Source of the DNA: Leidyana gryllorum EB-2025a | Lineage: Eukaryota; Protista; Apicomplexa | Direction of reading: 5' to 3' | DNA: 6,006 nucleotides | NCBI GenBank assembly: GCA_048772705.1 | Contig: JBLWGC010000127.1 | Span: 1 to 6,006 of the forward strand | Shown: piece by piece, positions 1-5,057 of the stretch | How the letters are laid out: the number at the start of each line of letters is the position of its first letter | How positions within the stretch are numbered: the stretch's first letter is position 1 | Made by a program: the position numbers and the translations under genes | Notes under the pieces: generated by a model | What the model was told of the DNA's origin: nothing | The model's database searches: none | The model's input: only the letters and a program-made list of their open reading frames with translations

Positions 1-218
1 AATATGTAGGGAAGTATTCAGATGGATGTTAATTCGATTGGAAATTTCACCAAGTCGAATTTGGCCACCCGATAGGAAGTTGACCATCAGGCAAACACGA
101 ACTACAACACCACCCGAAGTTGAGGAGTGGACTTCTTGCAACGCAGTTCGTCTGACGCTCCTGTTCCATCCCATCCTGATCGATGCTTCGCTACCTCTAC
201 AGACTCGCTCAAAGATTT

Positions 219-290
219 GTCCGAGTCGTCTAGTGGTTAGGACAGCACGTTGTGGCCGTGCAAACCCAGGCTCGATTCCTGGCTTGGACA
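219..290 (+). tRNA. trnH(GUG): tRNA-His(GUG)
   Basis: Acceptor GTCCGAG/CTTGGAC with A73; anticodon arm GCACG-TTGTGGC-CGTGC; T arm CCAGG-CTCGATT-CCTGG (C54 variant). No encoded G-1 or CCA, as in eukaryotes. Confidence 0.92.
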
Positions 291-384
291 ACCAATCCAA
301 AGTGCATTGCAATTCCCCTCCAAACGTCTCAGATCCTTATCGAGACTGAGAGACCAGTCAGAAAAGCCTAAAGTGCGTGAGCAA

Positions 385-455
385 AGCCTTCTGCCGGAAT
401 CGAACCGGCGACCTTTCGCTTACAAAGCGAATGCTCTGCCACCAGCTAAGAAGGC
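385..455 (-). tRNA. trnT(UGU): tRNA-Thr(UGU), D arm 1 nt short
   Basis: Reverse complement GCCTTCT...TTCGC-TTTGTAA-GCGAA...GCCGG-TTCGATT-CCGGC-AGAAGGC-T. Same body as Thr(AGU) at 5317-5388; D arm slightly irregular. Confidence 0.82.
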
Positions 456-556
456 AATGTTAACGGAAGTTACTGAAGCTCATTGTTCCACCGGTCGAAC
501 GGATCCAGGGCTCCACCCAACGGCAAATAGGGTGTAACTCACTTTAGAGCTTCGTT

Positions 557-629
557 GCCGCCCTAGCTCAGTCCCTAGAGCGCAAGACTTTCAATCTCGC
601 AGTCGCGGGTTCGAGCCCCGCGGGCGGTG
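557..629 (+). pseudogene. tRNA-Lys body with TTC (Glu) anticodon, probably non-functional
   Basis: Near-identical to Lys(CUU) at 4369-4441, but the D-loop GG is replaced by CC, the anticodon loop is CTTTCAA and the anticodon stem has an A:C mismatch. Confidence 0.8.
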
Positions 630-678
630 CAAATCAATGTCTCTGGAAGCCGTTACCTACAACCACACTCTGCTGGAT

Positions 679-746
679 TTCCACTCTGGGGACTTGTACC
701 CGGATCGTGCGGGTCCGCATATCCTAGCCACTTGGACTACAGTGGA
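679..746 (-). pseudogene. tRNA-Glu pseudogene, anticodon loop deleted
   Basis: Aligns to Glu at 5465-5537 with a 5-nt deletion (gaaag on +) that removes the anticodon, plus T-arm substitutions. Confidence 0.88.
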
Positions 747-806
747 CGAGTGGTTGAGTTGGGGCTTCGGCCGAGAGCCGTACCGTCTTGGAAAAAATGG
801 TATGTC

Positions 807-835
807 GGCGTGATCAAGTGAGTGGATCTCTGATA
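807..835 (+). pseudogene. 3' end remnant of tRNA-Ile plus its downstream flank
   Basis: 27/29 identity to 2375-2403 (last 10 nt of Ile-AAU plus flank). Confidence 0.7.
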
Positions 836-884
836 CAGATTCGGACTTAGTAACCAACTCTATTTGTATTGATCGTGGAATCTT

Positions 885-909
885 GGGCCTTCGCCGGGCC
901 TTCGCCGGG
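885..909 (+). repeat. 11-bp tandem duplication (GGGCCTTCGCC)x2 + GGG
   Basis: Seen directly. It accounts for the 11-nt length excess over the homologous spacer at 2411-2474. Confidence 0.9.
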
Positions 910-927
910 TACAGGACGAGCTTCCTT

Positions 928-995
928 GCCGCCCCAACTCCGTCGGTGGAGCGCAAGACTTTTGATGGGAGAACCGCGGGTTCGGGGGGGCGAGC
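928..995 (+). pseudogene. tRNA-Lys(UUU)-derived element, copy 1
   Basis: GCCGCCC...GTCGGTGGAGCGCAAGACTTTTGA...CGCGGGTTCG matches the 5' two-thirds of Lys; the 3' strands no longer pair. Homologues at 2485 and 5636. Confidence 0.75.
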
Positions 996-1047
996 AGTGC
1001 TGAACCGTATGCGAAGCCACTGGCTGCAAAATGCCAAGTTCGACAGC

Positions 1048-1129
1048 GGCAACTTGCCCAAGTGGTTAAGGGGGTAGACTAGAAATCTACTGCGCCTGGC
1101 CCGCGCTGGTTCAAATCCAGCAGTTGTCG
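1048..1129 (+). tRNA. trnS(AGA): tRNA-Ser(AGA), one variable-arm mismatch
   Basis: 82 nt type II: GGCAACT/AGTTGTC with G73; GTAGA-CTAGAAA-TCTAC; long variable arm; GCTGG-TTCAAAT-CCAGC. Confidence 0.9.
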
Positions 1130-1185
1130 TGCGATGTGGTTGGAGAGGTAAACACCAACGGACACATGAATTTCAGGAATGATGG

Positions 1186-1190
1186 AAAAA
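1186..1190 (-). terminator. Putative Pol III oligo-T terminator of tRNA-Gly
   Basis: T5 on the minus strand 15 nt past the Gly 3' end; T4 at the equivalent place (5888-5891) for the other intact copy. Confidence 0.45.
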
Positions 1191-1205
1191 CAACAATGTG
1201 TCCTC

Positions 1206-1276
1206 TGCATCTGCCGGGAATCGAACCCGGGTCGTCTCGATGGCAACGAGACATTCTACCACTAGACCACAGATGC
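1206..1276 (-). tRNA. trnG(GCC): tRNA-Gly(GCC)
   Basis: Reverse complement GCATCTG...TCTCG-TTGCCAT-CGAGA...CCGGG-TTCGATT-CCCGG-CAGATGC-A. Identical to 5908-5978; T5 about 15 nt downstream. Confidence 0.95.
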
Positions 1277-1331
1277 GTGATACCTCCATTCTGGACCACC
1301 AAGTAATGAGTCTGGAGCGGGGGATGGTTTT

Positions 1332-1401
1332 GGGCCTATGGCCAACGTACCGCGTCTGACTCCAGATCAGAAGGTTGGGTACTCGAATCACTATGGGCTC
1401 A
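1332..1401 (+). pseudogene. tRNA-Trp(CCA) degenerate copy
   Basis: Perfect Trp anticodon arm TCTGA-CTCCAGA-TCAGA-AGGTT and acceptor GGGCCTA/TGGGCTC-A. The D arm is shortened and the T stem disrupted. Confidence 0.82.
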
Positions 1402-1437
1402 ACCAGACTCTTTGTTTTTCCCGTGTGAGGCTCAACC

Positions 1438-1517
1438 TGACAAGAGTGGGATTTGGACCCACGCCCTTTCGAACTGCGACTTGAATACACCGCCTCAGAC
1501 CTCTCAGCCATCTTATC
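1438..1517 (-). pseudogene. tRNA-Leu(CAA) degenerate copy
   Basis: Reverse complement GATAAGATGGCTGAGAGGTCTGAGGC...TTCAAGT...long variable arm...GTGGG-TCCAAAT-CCCAC-TCTTGTC-A. Anticodon stem mismatched; T loop begins TCC. Confidence 0.8.
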
Positions 1518-1605
1518 AGCTCGGTTCCTGTCCCGCTACTCCAAGCGTTCCCTGTCTCTTGAAGCTAGAGAATGGAAAAGCTGGGCTCTGAGGTTGGGGC
1601 GTGCC

Positions 1606-1675
1606 TCCGACATGGTATCAAAGTTATATTTCCGCCTGCCACGCCAACGATCGGGTGGGTACCAGCTCCGAACGC
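1606..1675 (+). pseudogene. Highly degenerate tRNA-Asp copy (inverted relative to 3119 and 4037)
   Basis: TCCGACATGGTAT...TATTTCCGCCTGCCACGC matches the Asp 5' half. The upstream flank resembles the reverse complement of 4111-4155; the 3' part has decayed. Confidence 0.6.
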
Positions 1676-1719
1676 ATTCATTTCCAATTCCAATGGCTTC
1701 ATACACTCTTTTAATTCTT

Positions 1720-1785
1720 GGTCGTGAATGGTTAGCACTGGAGGCTTTGGATCTCCCGACCTGGGTTCGATTCCCGGCGCGACCT
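1720..1785 (+). pseudogene. tRNA-Gln(UUG) with ~6-nt deletion in D arm / A box
   Basis: GGTCGTG/CGCGACC-T; GGAGG-CTTTGGA-TCTCC; CTGGG-TTCGATT-CCCGG. Only 66 nt long; the 5' strand of the D stem is missing. Confidence 0.83.
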
Positions 1786-1836
1786 TGGAACTGGTCCTCA
1801 CTACTCTCTGAAACTTCGTCATCTCTTGCCATTCGT

Positions 1837-1868
1837 GCAGCCACGGTCTAGTGGTCTCGACGTACACG
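1837..1868 (+). pseudogene. tRNA-Val 5' fragment
   Basis: GCAGCCACGGTCTAGTGGTCTCGACGT-ACACG is homologous to 2997-3066; anticodon arm collapsed and 3' half absent. Confidence 0.68.
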
Positions 1869-1927
1869 AGCGTTTTACTTCAAATGAGAAGATAGAATCG
1901 AGTTGAGCGAGTGTGAGGGGCAGTTCT

Positions 1928-1999
1928 GGGTACGTAGCTCAGTGGTAGAGCAGCTGACTGCAGATCAGCAGGCTCGTGGTTCAACTCCGCACGTGCCCT
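1928..1999 (+). tRNA. trnC(GCA): tRNA-Cys(GCA)
   Basis: GGGTACG/CGTGCCC with U73; GCTC/GAGC D stem; GCTGA-CTGCAGA-TCAGC; T stem with one C:A mismatch. Confidence 0.88.
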
Positions 2000-2068
2000 G
2001 GAGATGGGCTAAAACGCTCGAAGTTGTTGGTCCAACATTCCTGACCACAATGCAATGAGTCTGGAGCG

Positions 2069-2138
2069 GGGCCTATGGCGGAACGTAGCGGGTCTGACTG
2101 CAGCTTAGAAAATTGGGGGTTCGAATCACTCAATTTGA
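2069..2138 (+). pseudogene. tRNA-Trp-derived pseudogene (loop now reads GCA)
   Basis: Homologous to 1332-1401, including the upstream AATGAGTCTGGAGCGGG flank; acceptor 3' strand lost. Confidence 0.72.
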
Positions 2139-2168
2139 CCTCATGATCTTCCCGTATGGGGGGCAACC

Positions 2169-2210
2169 TGAGAAGAGTGGGGTTCGGGCCGACGCCCTTC
2201 CAGTACTGCG
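2169..2210 (-). pseudogene. tRNA-Leu 3' half fragment
   Basis: Homologous to 1438-1480 and follows the Trp copy with the same spacer (TTCCCGT...CAACCTGA); truncated. Confidence 0.7.
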
Positions 2211-2310
2211 CCGTCTAGAGCTTCTTGCCAGTGTCTGAAAGGCTCTGATGTTTGATTCTAACTCAGGGGGATCCAGCATCCGGGTCGGTGCCATCTGTCG
2301 TCGCAGAAGT

Positions 2311-2384
2311 GGTCGCGTAGCTCAGTCGGTTAGAGCGTGAGCCTAATAAGCTCAAGGTCCCCGGTTCGAGCCCGGGCGTGACCA
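2311..2384 (+). tRNA. trnI(AAU): tRNA-Ile(AAU)
   Basis: GGTCGCG/CGTGACC-A; GCTC/GAGC; TGAGC-CTAATAA-GCTCA; CCCGG-TTCGAGC-CCGGG. Fully paired. Confidence 0.96.
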
Positions 2385-2484
2385 AGTGAGTAGATCTCTG
2401 ATAAATAGTTGTCCTGGACCCGAGGAAGCCTCAACATTCTGCGACCAATACGAAAGGAACTAGTTACTAAGTCCGAGCTTCCTT

Positions 2485-2555
2485 GCCGCGCCAGCTCCGT
2501 CGGTAGACCCCTAAACTTTCAATGGAGAGACCGCAGCTTCGGGCAGCGCCAGCAG
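2485..2555 (+). pseudogene. tRNA-Lys-derived element, copy 2
   Basis: Homologous to the 928 and 5636 copies with the same flanks; loop reads CTTTCAA. Confidence 0.7.
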
Positions 2556-2619
2556 TCCGAGTCAAGCTTGCTGAACCGTATGTGAAGCCACAGGGCGCAA
2601 GATGCCAAGTCCGACAGGT

Positions 2620-2701
2620 GGCAACTTGCCCGAGTGGTTAAGGGGGTAGACTAGAAATCTACTGGGCCTGGCCCGCGCTGGTTCAAATCCAGCAGTTGTC
2701 G
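2620..2701 (+). tRNA. trnS(AGA): tRNA-Ser(AGA)
   Basis: Well-formed 82-nt type II cloverleaf; variable arm GGGC-CTG-GCCC; anticodon loop CTAGAAA. Confidence 0.95.
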
Positions 2702-2783
2702 TGCGATCTGATTGGAGGGGCAGACAACAACTCACTCCTGAAACCCCAGAATGGTGCCTCAATCAACCATCTGCCATCTTCTC

Positions 2784-2854
2784 TGCATCTGCCGGGAATC
2801 GAACCTGGGTCGTCTCGGTGGCAACGACACAGTCTACCACTAAACCACAGATGC
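2784..2854 (-). pseudogene. tRNA-Gly(GCC) degenerate copy
   Basis: Full length with 5 substitutions relative to 1206-1276, including G:G in the anticodon stem and A:C in the T stem. Confidence 0.75.
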
Positions 2855-2996
2855 GTGACATCTCCATTCCTGAATACAAAGCGAAGGGTCTTAAAACTAG
2901 TCCAGGCCGTCCAACTTAAGGCGATACATAAAAACCAGGCTCATCGGATACGTGGTTCCAGAGACACACGCTCCTTTCGCAGTCCGGAAGCTCCGT

Positions 2997-3066
2997 GCAG
3001 CCATCTAGTGGTCACGACGTCTGTTTAACACGCAGAAGGTCCCGAGTTCCATCCTCGGTGGCTGTA
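2997..3066 (+). pseudogene. tRNA-Val(AAC) with 3-nt deletion at positions 8-10
   Basis: GCAGCCA/TGGCTGT-A; TCTGT-TTAACAC-GCAGA; CCGAG-TTCCATC-CTCGG. A box damaged and B box reads TTCC. Confidence 0.83.
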
Positions 3067-3118
3067 ACACGCATCGTTCAGGTGAGCATCACGAAATCTA
3101 GAGAGGAAGACGATCTAT

Positions 3119-3190
3119 CTCCGAGACCGGAAATCGAACCCGGGTCTTCCGCGTGTCAGGCGGAAATACTAACCACTAGACTATCTCGGC
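3119..3190 (-). tRNA. tRNA-Asp body with GAC (Val) anticodon; possible pseudogene
   Basis: 4 differences from Asp at 4037-4108: G1:A72 mismatch, D-stem A>C, anticodon GTC>GAC, T-stem C>T (G:U). Confidence 0.8.
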
Positions 3191-3258
3191 CGCTCTGAAT
3201 ACGCCGGCCTCCAACTCAAAAAAGTCTTTCCATTTTGTTGTGCAGACCCCATCGCATT

Positions 3259-3304
3259 TGTTGGCTCAACCCAAATGTCCGTCGATCGAAACGACGCACT
3301 GCTA
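3259..3304 (+). pseudogene. Initiator tRNA-Met 3' half, anticodon deleted
   Basis: GTCCGTCGATCGAAACGACGCACTGCTA is identical to the 3' end of 5198-5269, with the same downstream flank leading to Thr. Confidence 0.85.
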
Positions 3305-3353
3305 AGTGTGCGCAGGAGGGAAACAGTTATAGAATTGATTGGGTCGTCAGCAA

Positions 3354-3424
3354 AGCCTTCTGCCGAAATCGAACCGGCGACCCATCGCTTACTAAACGAA
3401 TGCTCTGCCCCTACGCTAAAAGGC
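3354..3424 (-). pseudogene. tRNA-Thr(AGU) degenerate copy
   Basis: Homologous to 5317-5388 with a 1-nt acceptor deletion and several stem substitutions. Confidence 0.78.
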
Positions 3425-3483
3425 ACTCCCTGTCTCGATTCATATGAGGGTTTGATGCTGGAAATAGCATCATTTCCACCACA

Positions 3484-3530
3484 GAATTCAAGTGGGCCTG
3501 CGCGCGCTGGTGCAGATCCAGCAGTTGTCG
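3484..3530 (+). pseudogene. 3' half of tRNA-Ser inside an inversion
   Basis: TGGGCCTGCGCGCGCTGGTGCAGATCCAGCAGTTGTCG followed by the usual Ser downstream flank TGCGATGTGATTGGAG. Confidence 0.85.
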
Positions 3531-3575
3531 TGCGATGTGATTGGAGGGGTCAGACACCAACTTACGCATGAATTC

Positions 3576-3608
3576 CAATCTACCCCTTCCCCACTCGGGC
3601 AAGTTGGC
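3576..3608 (-). pseudogene. 5' half of tRNA-Ser on opposite strand
   Basis: Reverse complement GCCAACTTGCCCGAGTGGGGAAGGGGTAGA; the upstream flank (3609-3652) matches the Ser leader CCGTATG...GCCAC...TCGACAG. Confidence 0.85.
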
Positions 3609-3689
3609 AACTGTCGATTTCGCCATGCCGCGAGGAGTGGCCCCACATACGGCCGCGGTAAGTGCTTATTTTCATCGCCTTCCGTGACC

Positions 3690-3762
3690 GCCTCGGTAGC
3701 TCAGTTGGGTGAGCGCCAGACTGAAGATCTGGAAGTCCCATGTTCGATCCACGGCCGAGGCA
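3690..3762 (+). tRNA. trnF(GAA): tRNA-Phe(GAA)
   Basis: GCCTCGG/CCGAGGC-A; CCAGA-CTGAAGA-TCTGG; T arm CCATG-TTCGATC-CACGG with one A:C mismatch. Confidence 0.9.
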
Positions 3763-3826
3763 GAGACGTTGTGACATTTGGTGTCACTATCTCAAGTGTC
3801 CTCAGCGGTGTGCACGACTGAGAGGC

Positions 3827-3898
3827 GGCTGTTTGGTCTAGTGGTATGATTCTTCTTTCGGGTGGAAGAAGGCCTGTGTTCGACTCCCAGAAGAGCCC
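3827..3898 (+). pseudogene. tRNA-Pro(CGG), degenerate
   Basis: Pro-type TGGTCTAGTGGTATGATT D region; CTTCT-TTCGGGT-GGAAG; C73. G:G in the acceptor stem and T:C in the T stem. Confidence 0.78.
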
Positions 3899-3920
3899 GT
3901 CTGATAGTTGTTGACTGAAT

Positions 3921-3995
3921 GCCACGTCTCTCCAAGGTCGGCTACCATACGCGGCTCCCACTCGTATAATCCCGGATGAAGTCCAGACCAGCTGA
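3921..3995 (+). pseudogene. Highly degenerate tRNA-Glu-body copy with CTCCCAC loop
   Basis: GGCTACCATACGCGGCTCCCACTCGTATAATCCCGGATGAAGTCC aligns to the reverse complement of 4502-4574. Confidence 0.62.
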
Positions 3996-4036
3996 GACAA
4001 AATCTGAGTTGCAGCAGTTGTGAGGGGCTGGAACTG

Positions 4037-4108
4037 CTCCGAGACCGGGAATCGAACCCGGGTCTTCCGCGTGACAGGCGGAAATACTAACCACTATACT
4101 ATCTCGGA
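4037..4108 (-). tRNA. trnD(GUC): tRNA-Asp(GUC)
   Basis: Reverse complement TCCGAGA/TCTCGGA with G73; TCCGC-CTGTCAC-GCGGA; CCGGG-TTCGATT-CCCGG. Confidence 0.95.
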
Positions 4109-4219
4109 CGCTCTGAACACGCCGCCCTCCAACCCCAAAAGTCCTTCCATTTTGAGATGTCGATGGTGGGTCTGGACAGACTTCACCCACATCTCCCATT
4201 CGAGACATCGGGGACATAC

Positions 4220-4292
4220 TATCCAAGCCAGGATTCAGGCCTGGGTATGCACGGCCACAACTTGCTGTTGTAAGCACCTAGACGACCCGGAC
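4220..4292 (-). pseudogene. tRNA-His(GUG) degenerate inverted copy
   Basis: The reverse complement aligns with 219-290 with many D-, T- and anticodon-stem lesions; flank 4293-4324 matches the reverse complement of 185-218. Confidence 0.83.
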
Positions 4293-4368
4293 AATCTTCA
4301 AGTGAGGCTGGTGGGTACCAAAGCCACTTAAGATGTCGGGCTATCGGGTTTTGTGTACTTGCATTCCT

Positions 4369-4441
4369 GCCGCCCTAGCTCAGTCGGTAGAGCGCAAGAC
4401 TCTTAATCTTGCAGTCGCGGGTTCGAGCCCCGCGGGCGGTG
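4369..4441 (+). tRNA. trnK(CUU): tRNA-Lys(CUU)
   Basis: GCCGCCC/GGGCGGT-G; GCTC/GAGC; CAAGA-CTCTTAA-TCTTG; GCGGG-TTCGAGC-CCCGC. Confidence 0.95.
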
Positions 4442-4501
4442 TGCATCTATTTCCCTGGGAGTAAGAATGGAACTGTTGCCTACAAGCACACTCAGCTGGA
4501 G

Positions 4502-4574
4502 TTCCACTGCCGGGACTGGAACCCGGATCGTGCGGGTGGGAGCCGCATATCCTAGCCACTTAGACTACAGTGGA
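4502..4574 (-). tRNA. tRNA-Glu body with CCC (Gly) anticodon; possible pseudogene
   Basis: Differs from Glu at 5465-5537 only in the anticodon (TTC vs CCC) and T loop (TTCCAGT vs TTCAAGT); all stems unchanged. Confidence 0.82.
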
Positions 4575-4660
4575 CGAGTCACAACAGTTGCACTGACGAA
4601 TGAGGCGCCAGAGAAGTGTGACTCGGTCTCAGATTGGAAGTTCACCTAGGTTTGGCGGGT

Positions 4661-4733
4661 GGGCGGCTATCTCAAGTGGTAGAGCGGTGACTTTGCACGC
4701 GAGAGGTCAGTTTAGACATCTATCAATGCCGCA
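4661..4733 (+). pseudogene. tRNA-Ala(UGC)-like pseudogene
   Basis: GGGCGGC-TATCTCAAGTGGTAGAGCG...TTTGCAC-GCGAG-AGGTC; T arm and acceptor 3' strand decayed. Confidence 0.6.
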
Positions 4734-4791
4734 GGGCAGGCTGAACATGGGGGTATTTGGTCACTTCCGCGACATGTCGAATTCGACAGGT

Positions 4792-4873
4792 GGCAACTTG
4801 CCCGAGTGGTCAAGGGGGTAGACTAGAAATCTACTGGGCCTGGCCCGCGCTGGTTCGAATCCAGCAGTTGTCG
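4792..4873 (+). tRNA. trnS(AGA): tRNA-Ser(AGA)
   Basis: Well-formed 82-nt cloverleaf; T loop TTCGAAT; 2 differences from 2620-2701. Confidence 0.95.
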
Positions 4874-4990
4874 TGTTATGTGATCGGGCATCAACTCCAT
4901 TCGGTCGTGGCTGTGCTATATCATTCCAGCTAGTCGCCCGCTGTGCAGACCCCATAGCAATTAGTGGTTCTTGACATATTATGTCCGACG

Positions 4991-5057
4991 GGCTGTTTGG
5001 TCTAGTGCTGTGACCCCTCCTCAGGGTGGAGTCCTGGTTCGATTCCCAGCACAGCCC
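4991..5057 (+). pseudogene. tRNA-Pro(AGG) pseudogene with deletions
   Basis: Homologous to 3827-3898; loop TCAGGGT; 67 nt; D-loop GG lost. Confidence 0.75.

Larger units (their letters stand above)
679..1290 (+). repeat. Segmental module Glu(-)/hairpin/Lys-like(+)/Ser(+)/Gly(-), copy 1
   Basis: Collinear with about 5465-5985 and, from the Ile end onward, with about 2375-2870, spacers included. Confidence 0.85.
2375..2870 (+). repeat. Segmental module Ile/Lys-like/Ser/Gly, copy 2
   Basis: Shared spacers, e.g. GCTGAACCGTATG.GAAGCCAC, ATGCCAAGT.CGACA and TGCGAT.TG.TTGGAG. Confidence 0.85.

Noticed and set aside
36-66. Weak similarity of GATTGGAAATTTCACCAAG...TTTGGC to 4632-4656
   Set aside because: It is short and gapped, with no adjacent tRNA homology to anchor it, so it cannot be distinguished from chance by eye.
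2069-2138. Second tRNA-Cys (GCA loop), and likewise the GCC loop at the 1606 copy as tRNA-Gly
   Set aside because: Bodies and flanks are Trp- and Asp-derived respectively and the stems are destroyed, so the anticodon changes are consistent with neutral decay.
3248-3270. CCATCGCATTTGTTGGCTCAAC resembles the dinoflagellate spliced leader (DCCGTAGCCATTTTGGCTCAAG)
   Set aside because: The match needs several mismatches and indels, and it is explained by the deletion junction onto the iMet anticodon arm (TGTTGGGCTCATAACCC).
3484-3608. Functional trans-spliced or circularly permuted tRNA-Ser
   Set aside because: Both halves carry disabling substitutions (T loop TGCAGAT, altered D loop), no BHB-like junction is evident, a simple inversion explains the layout, and intact Ser genes are nearby.
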